From Carpediemonas membranifera BICM (taxonomy: Eukaryota; Protista; Fornicata), in the NCBI GenBank assembly GCA_019828565.1, contig JAHDYR010000035.1:1-64000 (forward strand): a stretch of 64,000 nucleotides of DNA. The letters are read 5' to 3'. Within the stretch, counting starts at the first letter, position 1; every line of letters begins with the position of its first letter. The translations under genes and the position numbers were made by a program. The notes beneath the pieces were generated by a model, which made no database searches, was not told the origin of the DNA, and worked only from the letters and a program-made list of their open reading frames with translations. Below, piece by piece: positions 10,255 through 19,922 of the stretch.

Positions 10255-10594
10255 CTGGTAGGTTCCCTCGCTTACATAGGAAAACGCCACCGTCCTCCCC
10301 GGTCTCAGGACCTCCTCGATCATCGTCCTGAGGGAGCCCCATCGGGCTCGGAGCACAGAGTCCCGCAGCGCCAAGAGCTGGAAGTTGTGAGCTGGCCGAC
10401 CCGCGTGGGTCATCTTTTTACCCTTCTTCGAAGGGGTTTTAGGCCCTCCTCTCCCTGCAGCTTCAGAACAGTACTCTTGGGCGCCGCAGCTCTGGCTTCC
10501 AATGTTATGAGAACCGTTGCCCTCCTGCGGCTGATCACCGCTCGTCTGGCTCGGGTTGTGGCCAGTGCCTGGAGGTGGACACCCCGGCACTGTA

Positions 10595-10627
10595 TCAAAA
10601 AATAAACTCAAAAACTCAAAAACTCAA
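10595..10627 (+). repeat. LINE 3' tail: AATAAA plus (AAAAACTC)n
   Basis: TCAAAAAATAAACTCAAAAACTCAAAAACTCAA directly precedes the TSD. Confidence 0.85.
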
Positions 10628-11831
10628 ACTCAAGAGATCGCCGCCTACGTCCACTCCTGTCCGATCTGTCTCAAGGCTAGACTCTCTGAGTTCGCTCAGT
10701 CAAGCCTAGGGACCACGGCCGTGTATAAGCCTTTCCACACGGTCGCCATTGACACCATAGGCCCCATCCCCGCAGACATGTTCGGCCGCAAGTACATCTT
10801 CGTCCTTGTTGATATGTTCACCAGGTACACGGAGTTATATGCCAGCGATGAGAACACTGCCGATGCCGCTGCCTCTGCCATCTGGCAACAACTTGTCTGC
10901 CGTCATGGCATCCCTGCCGCCATTAAGGCTGACAACGGGCCGGAGTACACTGGTGCCGTGATCAAGGCCCTCCTGTCTGATGCCGAGATCACCGAACAAC
11001 ACACTCTCCCGTATCATCCCCAGTCCAACGGCGTTGTTGAACGCCGTAACGCCGAAGTGATGAAGCACCTCCGCTGCCTCACGCTCAACTTTAACAAGTT
11101 TGACGAGTGGAGCAGGCTTTCTCCCTGCCGTTCAGCTTTTGCTGAACACTTCTATCTGCTCTGCCACAGGCCTCACCCCCCACAGCATGCTTTACGGCGA
11201 GCATTTGGACCCGTCCGCCACTAGAGCCCGGCTACTCGCCCCGACTGACCCTACAGCTTCCGAGACAATCCTATCCTCCCATCGTGAATACCTAGACAAC
11301 CTCACTAACCACCTGGAAGTCCCTTTCCAAGAAGGGGGAGGAGACGCAACGTAAGGTTGTCGAGAAGCGCCTGCCAAAGGAAAGACCGCAGAGACCGAGC
11401 TCAAGCCAGGTGACCTAGTCCTCGTACAGCGCAACAGGACCCCCAAGTTGCACGGTCACCTGGGACCCTACAAGATCCTCGAGATCCTCGACCACAAGGC
11501 CGTCGTTATCGCCGACATCATCACGAACACCACCACAACCGTCCACCGGGATCACCTGCTCCCGTTCCACGTGAACTACCACTTCAACAAGCTCCGCCAG
11601 CTAGCTTCCTCAGACGAGGAGACTTTTATCGTTGAGAAGATCCTCAAGCACCGCGTCAAGGACGACATCCTCGAACTGAAGGTGAAGTGGGAAGGCTACG
11701 ACGAACCCACCTATGAGCCGGCGACTGCACTCTCCGGAGTCTCGCTCGCTCGTGCTTACCTTAGAGCCAATAAGCTTCGGCTTAGGGGGGCAAGATGTCA
11801 CAGCATCTCCCTCACTCCCAGTGCACTTTAA
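10628..11831 (+). pseudogene. Element A integrase core and chromodomain (frameshifted)
   Basis: VAIDTIGP, ADNGPEY, NGVVERRN, GPY, FIVEKILKH..VKWEGYDEPTYEP; split over several frames. Confidence 0.88.
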
Positions 11832-11871
11832 GGTAAATGGATTTCCCCGTTTTCTGCTGCCATCCGGCACA
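11796..11871 (+). repeat. 3' LTR of element A (76 bp)
   Basis: TG..CA after the PPT; end matches 339-357. Confidence 0.8.
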
Positions 11872-12680
11872 TTGTGAACACGTACCTGGTGAATACTCGT
11901 CTCCCATACACGCCGAAAACCACAGGGTTGATCTCTTGAGCCGTTTACTGAAAGGCTTACTTCTTCAGCTGCGGGTTCTTGAGCCAGCACTCAGTGGCGG
12001 CGTGACCAGGGCGGTTGCAGAAGCTGCATCTCATCTTGGCAGGTTGCTTGAAGCTCTTGTTGACTCTCTTGGGCTCCTGCGTGACCTTGTTGATGCCCAC
12101 CATCTTGGCAGCCTTGAATGACTTCTCCATGAGGGCCTTCTTGCCAGTGACTCCCTGGGCCTGCACACGGAACGTCTTAGCGGTGAGTTCGCCGAAACGA
12201 TCGAGTGTCAGCAGGTATTGCAGTCTGAAGTCCACCAAGTTCTTGACGAGGGCAATCACGTCACCAAGCGTTGCATCGTCCGGAAGACCGTTAGCATCGC
12301 GCTTAAACTCCGTTTGGAAGCGTTCCCAGGCTTCGAACTCCTTCTTGATAAGCTCGGAGTGCGGCTTGTCCTCAAGGTCGTTCTGTTGTTCTTCGAGGAG
12401 CTCGATCTGAGCACGTAGAGCAGCATTCTCTTCCTTCGTCTCATCTACTTGGTTTTCAAGCGCCTGAAGGCGTTCTTCCACGGACATCGGCCAAACCTGG
12501 GGATTGGGCGGGGAAATTGATCCGCTCAAATTTCCCCCTCCGAATTGGTCCACCTGGCCGGGCGTCGTCCGACCGCCGGGGCGCCCCGGTGGGGTCGTAG
12601 GACCCGCACAACCGGGGGGCGGGATCGCATGATGGGAGCGCCGGGCCGCGGACGCCCGTGTCCGGAGCCGTACGGCATCA
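11872..12680 (-). mobile_element. 5' part of tyrosine-recombinase retroelement H, cut by element A and abutting tRNA-Gly
   Basis: Gag shares R.Q.L...D.....TA..F with the Gags of the two YR elements to the right; GC-rich leader. Confidence 0.65.
11957..12487 (-). CDS. Gag-like protein of element H (coiled coil plus CCHC knuckle)
   Basis: MSVEERLQALENQ... FRLQYLLTLDRFGELTAKTF ... CSFCNRPGHAATEC. Confidence 0.75.
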   Translation of the reverse strand: MSVEERLQALENQVDETKEENAALRAQIELLEEQQNDLEDKPHSELIKKEFEAWERFQTEFKRDANGLPDDATLGDVIALVKNLVDFRLQYLLTLDRFGELTAKTFRVQAQGVTGKKALMEKSFKAAKMVGINKVTQEPKRVNKSFKQPAKMRCSFCNRPGHAATECWLKNPQLKK

Positions 12681-12681
12681 A

Positions 12682-12752
12682 GCATCAGTGGTGTAGGGGT
12701 ATCATCGCACGTTGCCATCGTGTGGACCCGGGTTCGAATCCCGGCTGATGCA
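12682..12752 (+). tRNA. tRNA-Gly(GCC)
   Basis: Acceptor stem GCATCAG/CTGATGC, anticodon loop TTGCCAT, T-arm GGTTCGAATCC, T-rich terminator downstream. Confidence 0.95.
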
Positions 12753-12972
12753 GATTTTGTTTCCGAGTGCCTCCACAATTATGCCAGGCTAGCTGTCCTA
12801 GCCTCTAGACAGCCATTCCACAAAGTGTGGCTCTATAACAGAGAGCCCTCCTCTTAAATCCAACCAAAATGGGGGGGCGAGTATTTACTTCGGGTGGCTT
12901 CCCCGAGCTCTTATGACAGACCCGGGTAAATCCTCGTCTCGCGATCCGGTCAGGTCCGAAACGGCTCCGACA

Positions 12973-13110
12973 CCTGCCGATGCGTTTCGAAGTGTGACCT
13001 AAAGTGCACATTTATCGGCGCGCGCAGGTGCCAGTGATGGTCCTGTGACAGGATCCACAAAGTGTGGCTCTATAACAGAGAGCCCTCCTCTTAAATCCAA
13101 CCAAAATGGG
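12973..13110 (-). repeat. Internal B1-A2 circle-junction copy of YR1 split direct repeats
   Basis: Exact copies of both termini joined head to tail. Confidence 0.93.
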
Positions 13111-13266
13111 ACAATCCCGCAAGACGTCCCTGTGGGACTAAAGCTTTGGGCCGGCGAGTCTATCTCGCCTCGACCAGAGTTAAGAATTAATGATGAATCC
13201 AGGCCGGCGAGTCCGTCTCGCCTCGGCCGTTCCCCCTCGAACGCGGATGTTTAATGGAGGGGGTGG

Positions 13267-16018
13267 TTAAAAGTGGGGCCCGAGAAGGCTGAGGTTCATC
13301 CTCCTGGTGAGGTCCTCGTTTGTTCTGATGGCGTCAGCGATATAGCTGCGGAGGGAGGTGACGTCCTTCCATGTGCCCATTGAGAGGATCACCTCCAGCG
13401 GGACTCCTGATAGAGCCATCTCCGACGCTGCCCCCTTACGGAAGCTGTGGAGACCCGTCCGTGGACCGAACAACGCCTTCACGACTCGTCGGAGGTGTGC
13501 GGCTGTGAGCGGTTTGTCTCTGCTCAGGCGCCCGTTGACTATGACTCGCCAGATGGGGGTGTCATCAGCCAGGTAGTGTGTGCCCTCGACCCAGCGTCTA
13601 AGTGCCAAGGCCGGGTTGAAGGCGGCTGATAGCCATACGTATGGTACGCGCTTCTTAACTCCCGTTAGGATGGTCTTGGTCCGCTGAATGTGTAGGAGAA
13701 TGTCGCCGTTCTTGAGTAGCTCCAGGTCGGCCGGGCATAGGGAGAGTATCTCGATGCCTCTGGACACCGTCAGATAGGCGACTGCCCCAAAGAGACATGC
13801 CTGATATGACTCAAAGTCGTCACTCCGGCGCCCCAGTGCCTCGATCATCTCAGCCTTGGTGATGGCGCGCGAGCCGCCGGTAGTTCCCGCCGTGCTGGCG
13901 CCCTTAGCCGCCTGCTTAACGATGTACTTGGAGTTGGCGGGCGGATGCCAGTCTTTGAGGAACTCCTGTAGCTGAACAATCCAGTAGCCCTTCCTCGCCA
14001 CGTTCGATGGCCCGCAGAAGGAGCCTTCGTCCTTGAGGAAGGCTACAAGCTGGTCTCGATCCGACAGGCTGCGATCGCGAGAGCCTTCGAACCTGGCCAC
14101 CCAGCCGGCCACCGTCCGAGCAGACGCGTGATTAAGGTGAATCACTCTGTCCGACCTGAGGACTCTGTGGAAAACGTCCTGAACGCCATCACATTGAACC
14201 GTAGGCGTCCTCTGTCCTGTAGGTGAAGTAGGTGGGCCAGATCTGAGCTCGAAGCCGGGACGGAGAGACGGAGTTTCCAGGACGTCCAACTCTTGAGGAG
14301 TCTCATCTCCGGCGCTTGAACCTCTGGGTAGAGGAGAAAGACTGCTGAGGTCCAAGACCTCGGGTGTCCAGTCTGAGTCTGAACTCTCGCTGTCGCTATC
14401 TTCTGGACTATGGCTGCCATAGACGAATTGGGGGCCCAGAGGACGCGACATCCAAGCCTTACGTCTACGTCCGTTGAGACTGTCTGGACTGGACCCCACT
14501 CCGCGAGGACAGATTCCATGCTGGACTCCAGAGAGGAAGGGAGTCGTGAGAAGCCTCTGGACAGCCGATCTGCTGCCAGGTTGATGATGCCCGGAGTGTG
14601 TAGTCCACGGAGTGTCAGGTTCCGGTCCTCCGCCTCCTTCTGGATCTGGGCTAGAATGTGCAGGGCCTGAGGTGGAGCCTTCGTAGACCCCCGCCTTGTT
14701 GAGCCAGGCCAGAGCTGATGTGTTGTCTGAGAAGATCGATAGCTCGCGTTGGGAACTCTGTCTGCCGATCAGACGGATGCCCTGTAGGATTCCCGCGAGC
14801 TCCTTCACGTTGATAGATTCTGCTCTTAGTTCTGGAGTGAACGTGCCCGAGGCTGAGGTCCCATACTCGCCGTGCACGGCTGCTCCCCACTTGACTCCAG
14901 ATGCGTCTGTCGATACGACGAGGTCTAAGGAGGGGTGAGCGCCCCAAAGCGACTGAAGTTCTCTGATGTCTCGGACTGGGCGCTCTCTTAGCAGTAGCAG
15001 CCACTCTTGCAGTAGCTCCTTGGAGAGTGGGTCCTGTTGAAGGTGTCTCAGCCGGAGGAAAACCCCGTGGGCGGTTGTAGCGAAGTAAGTCAGTCTCCCG
15101 AGGATCTTGGCCCAAGTCTCCTGATCGATGGTCTTGCCTGCCAGAGCCTGATGAATGTGAGAGGAGTAACGTTTGGCCTTGTCCGCCGGGAGGCGTATTG
15201 TAAAACTCGCGGAGTCTATCACGAGCCCCAGATAGACCAATGACTGAGTCGGTGCCCATTCTGACTTCTCCTCTGAGGTGAGGACACAGAGGTCGGCTAG
15301 AGTCCGCCTGATGCGCGGCACCGCCCTCCTCAGGATTTCTCGGTCGCGGTGAAATAAGAGGAAGTCGTCGAGGTAGACAACGATGGTAAGACCCGTCCGA
15401 AGGGCTAGTATCTTGGCGAGTTGGTTGGTGATCGTCTGAAACACGAACGGCGATGCGCGCCAGCCGAAGCCTAGCACTCTGTACTGAAACGCTCGTCCGT
15501 CTGGAAGATAGACTCCTAGCAGCTTGCGGTCCTCCTTCCGTACTGGTACTTGATGGTACCCGGACTTGAGGTCGAACTTGACCATCCAGTCGCCCCTCTG
15601 GAGAAGGGAGAGAGCTCTGCGCAGACCGTAGAGCCGGAAGGATGAGCGCTCTGCCGAGCAGTCGTTCAGTATCGTGAGGTTGTGAATGATCCTCTTCGAC
15701 TCGCCCTTCGGCACAGTAAACAGCGAGGCGGTGTGTCGCAGGGAAGAGGGATTCACTTGCTCTATGACGCCTGTCTCTATCAAGGAAGGAATCTGCTGGA
15801 CAATGAATGGGTCGACTGTCGGCTGTTGCCTTGGTGCTGGTGGTTGACTTCTCAGACGGATCTCGACCCCGTATCGTAACCAGTTGATCACCCGTTGTGA
15901 TGCTCCCAACCTCTGCCACTCCCTCCACGCCGCGTTCATGCATGGAAAGAGGGTTAGGTGTGGGCTCTCTTGCCGGAGGATCCTGTCTGAGTGCGACCTC
16001 GGTCCTGAGCGCGGCCAC
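13267..16018 (-). CDS. YR1 tyrosine recombinase ORF with a long N-terminal frame overlapping RT (one frameshift at 14688-14692)
   Basis: SRGIE, RTKT, HSFRKGAA, GTW...SY catalytic motifs; removing one base joins 14651..16018 to the YR frame. Confidence 0.8.
14142..15939 (-). CDS. YR1 RT-RNase H (one frameshift at 14688-14692)
   Basis: DLKSGYHQ, GFGW..SP, YLDD, TDAS..WG, SDN; the corrected frame gives HTPGIINLAADRLSR. Confidence 0.9.
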
Positions 16019-16436
16019 CGCGGCGAAAATTAGCGTCGCGCTTATCGCCCTTAGACTTGGCGCGGGCCGCCAGTTCCAGGACCTCGTCGCGATCAGGCAC
16101 GCCCTTCGCCTTGCAATAGTTCTCGAACCGCTCTGCAGTAGCGTCAGTGTACACGTCCTTGATTAGAAGGTACTGGATTCTTGCAAAGAGAATGTTCCCG
16201 ATCTCCTTCATCTTTGCGCCGTTCTCGATCCTATTCATGGTCTTGTATACGAATCTGGCCTCATCTTCGAGGCCGAACCTCTTTGGCATCTCCAGGAACA
16301 GTGGACGGCGAGCTGCTTCTGCTTGCTGCTCCAAAATTGCTTCCGATTGTATCTTAACCAAGCGCTCCAGCTTCTCGATACGCTTGTTAAGCTCATCGGG
16401 ACTGTCTTGCGGCGGCAGGTCTTCGTTATCAGACAT
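15954..16436 (-). CDS. YR1 Gag-like ORF1
   Basis: ATG directly after repeat A; homologous to 19386..19922 (RFGL.DEAR..Y). Confidence 0.8.
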   Translation of the reverse strand: MSDNEDLPPQDSPDELNKRIEKLERLVKIQSEAILEQQAEAARRPLFLEMPKRFGLEDEARFVYKTMNRIENGAKMKEIGNILFARIQYLLIKDVYTDATAERFENYCKAKGVPDRDEVLELAARAKSKGDKRDANFRRGGRAQDRGRTQTGSSGKRAHT

Positions 16437-16854
16437 CCTGCCGATGCGTTTCGAAGTGTGACCTAAAGTGCACATTTATCGGCGCGCGCAGGTGCCAGTG
16501 ATGGTCCTGTGACAGGAATTTCATGGCCAACTAACATGTGTTCTTAATCCAAAGGTGCTCACTCACTCCAGAAGCGTTCGGAAACCTGTTTTCATCATCT
16601 GATTAGGCATCGGGAGTGCGGCCCCAAACTCAAGTGACGGAACGAATTCGGTTGGAGTTCTCAGATAATAGGTCCAAAATCAACAATAACAGCTCCCAAA
16701 ACGGCTTCGTTCAGGAGTTATGGCGAATTCTTTCAGAACGAGTCCTTCGTCGTTAGAACTTCGTGGATCATGGCATCAGCGGCTCTAGCCTGCTTCGATG
16801 AACGCAATTTTAGTAGTTGTATGTCTTTCCACGGCGAATCACTCGCCTCGTGGG

Positions 16855-19368
16855 CTATTGAAGTAGTCGCTCAGTGGTGCGACGAACAAAGGTTTCATCT
16901 GTCCTTATCGCCTGTCCGATGTAAGCGCGGAGACTCCGGACCTCCCGCCACGTCCCCATGGCAAGAAGAGCCTCAAGGGGTGTACCAGAGACTGCAAGCT
17001 CGGATGCAGCGCCCTTTCGAAAGGAGTGCCATCCTGACCCTCGACCAAAGACCTGCTGAACATCGCGGAGTAGTCCCGTGGCAGAGCGCTCGCGCTTCCT
17101 GCTGTACGCTCGGCTGCTAATCACCTCTCTCCAAAGACGGGCGTCGGGCTTGAGGGCCAAACCTCTGACCCATCGTCGCAGGGCGTCGGCGGGGTTGAAC
17201 CCATGGATCCAGACGTTAGTGACCCTCTTGCTAATGGCTACCATAGTCTTTGTCCGCGGGATGGCTAGGATTGCATCCCCTCTGCGATCGAACTTGACTT
17301 GAGCCGGCGTGAGGTTGAATATCTCTCTTCCCCTGCTGACGGTGAGGAAGCAAAGAGAGGCAAAGAGCACGGCCTGGTACGTCTTGGGACAGCGGTTTCT
17401 CTTACGGATCGCGGAGAGCATGGCTGTCCGATAGATGGGTCGCGCGCCACCTGTGAGCCCGGCTAGGGATGCACGCTTCACCGCCTCCCGCTGAATTGCC
17501 TTATAGCGTTGGGTCACGAGAGCTGAGGAACTTGAGTACCCATCCTGCGACCGACCGACGTCCTTGCTCCTCGAGGTGGGCGAGCTGATCAGATAGTCTG
17601 ATGTCATCGAAGTTTGGTAGGCGAGAGCCACGAGCCTTGTTCGATCGCCCTTCTGCTGGTTGGGAAGGCTGAAGTACCGGCGAAGGTGGGCCCTCTGCTT
17701 CAGGAGTCTCAGCTCGGGGGACATGATGTGGGGTACGAGCACGAAGATCCCCGAGATCCAAGTCCTCGGATGGGCAGTAGGTTGCGTCGGAGTCACAGCT
17801 CTGAGGACTATCGGGACTATCTGGCGAATAATAGCAGGATCCATCGTCAGTACTCGTCGACCCATCCAGTCCTTGGGCCCCGCTCCCTGCCACACCGAAG
17901 TGACGGGACCCCACTCCTGAAGGAGTTGCTCTGTGATCTGGGAGCTGTCCTCCACGGCAGGTATGCCACGAGAGAGACGATCGGCGGTGATGTTCGTCTC
18001 TCCTGGGGTATGCTCCGCCTTGATAACGAGATTTCTTGTCTTGGCGAGACACTCGAGCTCCTGAAGGAGCCTCATTGCCGCGCCTGGAGCCCGAGCGGAA
18101 CCATGCTTGTTGATCCATCCTTTTGCAGAAGTATTGTCTGTGAAGAGGGTCAAGACCCTGCAGGTGTCGGAAGGCGGAAGGTGCTCGACGGCTCTGACCA
18201 GGGCGTACAACTCTCGGACATTGATGGACTCGGCAGAGATGTCGGGTGGGAATGAGCCTTCCAAGAGCTTGTCCACTGGGGACCCATAGATGATAGCACC
18301 CCACCCCCAGTCGGAGGCGTCGGTTGCTACGCACAGATCGAGGCTCCACGCGGGAAAGAGGGCTGCGAATGGTCGAGTCGGTGAAGAGTCGAGCAGAGTG
18401 AGCCAGTCCTCCAACTCGCTTTGGGAATCGTCGTCCAGCTTGATGGCATGGCCGGGGTTGAAGGTTTGTAGCTTTCGCAGCTTCAGCATGGTGTTGGAGG
18501 TGTAAGCGAAGAACCCCAGACGACCGATGATGCTTGCCCAGTCCTTGGCAGTGACAACCTTCGTGGCTAAGGCATTGGTGATTATCTCTCGATACTTGAC
18601 TGCCTTGTCCTCTGGGAGGCTGATCGACTGGGAGACTGTGTCGAGAATCACACCGAGGTACTGCATTGACTGCACGGGAGTAAGGCAGGACTTTTCCAAG
18701 TTTGGGATGATGCCTAATAGCTGTAGTGTACGTATGATCTCGGGGCCGACTTGACTCAGGTAAGCAGCGCTGGCGTGGGCAAAGATGAAGTCGTCTAGGT
18801 AGACAGACACTTTGACGCTGAACCTTAGTGCTAAGATCCTTGCAGCCTGGATCATGACGAGCTGGAAATAGTAAGGCGCGGCTGTCCAACCGAACGAGAG
18901 ACCTGTGTAGTGGTAAGCCTGGCCATTGGGTAGCACGACCCCCCGCAGCAGAGCATCGGATGGTCGAACACCGAGCTGGTGATAGCCGTCGCTTAGGTCG
19001 ACCTTGATCATGTAGTCTCCATGCTCGAGCAGTCCAACTGCACGCCGCACTCCGAACAGGCGGAAGACCGAGCGGTTTCTGGTCTTGGCGTTGAGGCACC
19101 TGAGGTCGTGGATAACCCGAATGTCTTCCGGACCTTTTGGCACAGAGAACAATGGCGCTGAGTGACGGAGCTGACCTATGGAGGACTTGACGAGAGCGCC
19201 GGATGCGAGCTGGAGTTTGATCTTGGCTAAGGTCTTGCGATCGATGCGAGCTTGCGGACGTGGAGGAGATGGCTTGCCAGTGAGATGTATCGGCACGCCG
19301 TGACGGAGGAGAGCAACAACCTCTGCAGAGGCCTTGAAACGTTTCCAGACATACCACCTTGCGTTCAT
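16855..19368 (-). CDS. YR2 RT-RNase H, fused to the YR catalytic domain by a deletion near 17503
   Basis: RT, RH and YR motifs in one frame; comparison with YR1 shows about 40 missing codons after SRDP. Confidence 0.85.
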   Translation of the reverse strand: MNARWYVWKRFKASAEVVALLRHGVPIHLTGKPSPPRPQARIDRKTLAKIKLQLASGALVKSSIGQLRHSAPLFSVPKGPEDIRVIHDLRCLNAKTRNRSVFRLFGVRRAVGLLEHGDYMIKVDLSDGYHQLGVRPSDALLRGVVLPNGQAYHYTGLSFGWTAAPYYFQLVMIQAARILALRFSVKVSVYLDDFIFAHASAAYLSQVGPEIIRTLQLLGIIPNLEKSCLTPVQSMQYLGVILDTVSQSISLPEDKAVKYREIITNALATKVVTAKDWASIIGRLGFFAYTSNTMLKLRKLQTFNPGHAIKLDDDSQSELEDWLTLLDSSPTRPFAALFPAWSLDLCVATDASDWGWGAIIYGSPVDKLLEGSFPPDISAESINVRELYALVRAVEHLPPSDTCRVLTLFTDNTSAKGWINKHGSARAPGAAMRLLQELECLAKTRNLVIKAEHTPGETNITADRLSRGIPAVEDSSQITEQLLQEWGPVTSVWQGAGPKDWMGRRVLTMDPAIIRQIVPIVLRAVTPTQPTAHPRTWISGIFVLVPHIMSPELRLLKQRAHLRRYFSLPNQQKGDRTRLVALAYQTSMTSDYLISSPTSRSKDVGRSQDGYSSSSALVTQRYKAIQREAVKRASLAGLTGGARPIYRTAMLSAIRKRNRCPKTYQAVLFASLCFLTVSRGREIFNLTPAQVKFDRRGDAILAIPRTKTMVAISKRVTNVWIHGFNPADALRRWVRGLALKPDARLWREVISSRAYSRKRERSATGLLRDVQQVFGRGSGWHSFRKGAASELAVSGTPLEALLAMGTWREVRSLRAYIGQAIRTDETFVRRTTERLLQ

Positions 19369-19385
19369 AGATGGGAGCCTGTGAG

Positions 19386-19922
19386 TTACTGGTTGAGACG
19401 ACGGCGCTCTCTCTGGCCCCCACGCTGGTAGTTTGGGCGGCGCATAGTACCCTTGACCTTGGCTTTTGCGACCAGGGGATCGACTGAGGCACGGCTCTTG
19501 GACGGTGAGGACTTGAAGAGGTTCTTACAACGCTCGGCTGTGGCGTCATCCCAAGAGTCCTTGAGCTGTAGGAGCTGTTGGCGCGCATAGATCTTGATTC
19601 GTATGGCTGGTATTGAGGACAAACGGCCAGCAACGAGGTCTCTTTCGAGCGTATATAGCCAGCGAGCCTCATCGCGGAGACCGAAGCGTGACGGGAGGCT
19701 TGTGAGAGCTTCGAATGGGTCGAAGAAGTCGATGTCGTCTTCAAGGTGGTCGTTGTCCTGAGATTGGGGTTCCTCATCGCTCTCTTGCGGGTTGTCGTCT
19801 TCTTCGCCTTCGTCGCAGGCGATCTGGCCGTTGAGGCGATCAGTAAGTGCCTGCACTTGTTCTTGGAGTGTCTTGAGTGCTTCTGGAGTGACCGCGGCTG
19901 CATCTGCCCGCGGAGCACTCAT
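19386..19922 (-). CDS. YR2 Gag-like ORF1
   Basis: Homologous to YR1 ORF1. Confidence 0.8.
   Translation of the reverse strand: MSAPRADAAAVTPEALKTLQEQVQALTDRLNGQIACDEGEEDDNPQESDEEPQSQDNDHLEDDIDFFDPFEALTSLPSRFGLRDEARWLYTLERDLVAGRLSSIPAIRIKIYARQQLLQLKDSWDDATAERCKNLFKSSPSKSRASVDPLVAKAKVKGTMRRPNYQRGGQRERRRLNQ

Larger units (their letters stand above)
3659..10627 (+). mobile_element. Non-LTR retrotransposon (APE-RT type, probably 5'-truncated) with OTU-like and Maelstrom-like domains
   Basis: Bounded by the 42-bp TSD; (AAAAACTC)n 3' tail; APE and RT motifs. Confidence 0.93.
339..11871 (+). mobile_element. Ty3/Gypsy chromovirus-like LTR retrotransposon A (5' LTR truncated, integrase interrupted by a LINE)
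   Basis: Order is gag-PR-RT-RH-INT-chromodomain. PPT AGGGGGG at 11784-11790. 3' LTR TG..CA at 11796-11871, whose last 19 bp recur at 339-357. Confidence 0.9.
12817..16517 (-). mobile_element. Full-length tyrosine-recombinase retrotransposon YR1 with split direct repeats (A1-ORFs-B1-A2-B2, PAT/Ngaro-type ends)
   Basis: Repeat A (81 bp) at 16437-16517 and 12973-13053; repeat B (57 bp) at 13054-13110 and 12817-12873; gag, RT-RH and YR present. Confidence 0.92.
16855..19922 (-). mobile_element. Tyrosine-recombinase retrotransposon YR2 (termini not resolved; internal deletion in YR N-terminus)
   Basis: gag, RT (YLDD), RH (TDAS), YR (SRGRE, RTKT, HSFRKG, RAY); colinear with YR1. Confidence 0.9.

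Noticed and set aside
12682-12752. tRNA-Gly as primer for the local LTR elements
   Set aside because: None of the PBS positions is complementary to its 3' end.
12488-12778. Upstream extension of the H gag ORF through the tRNA
   Set aside because: Non-ATG start and antisense to tRNA-Gly; a GC-rich chance open frame.
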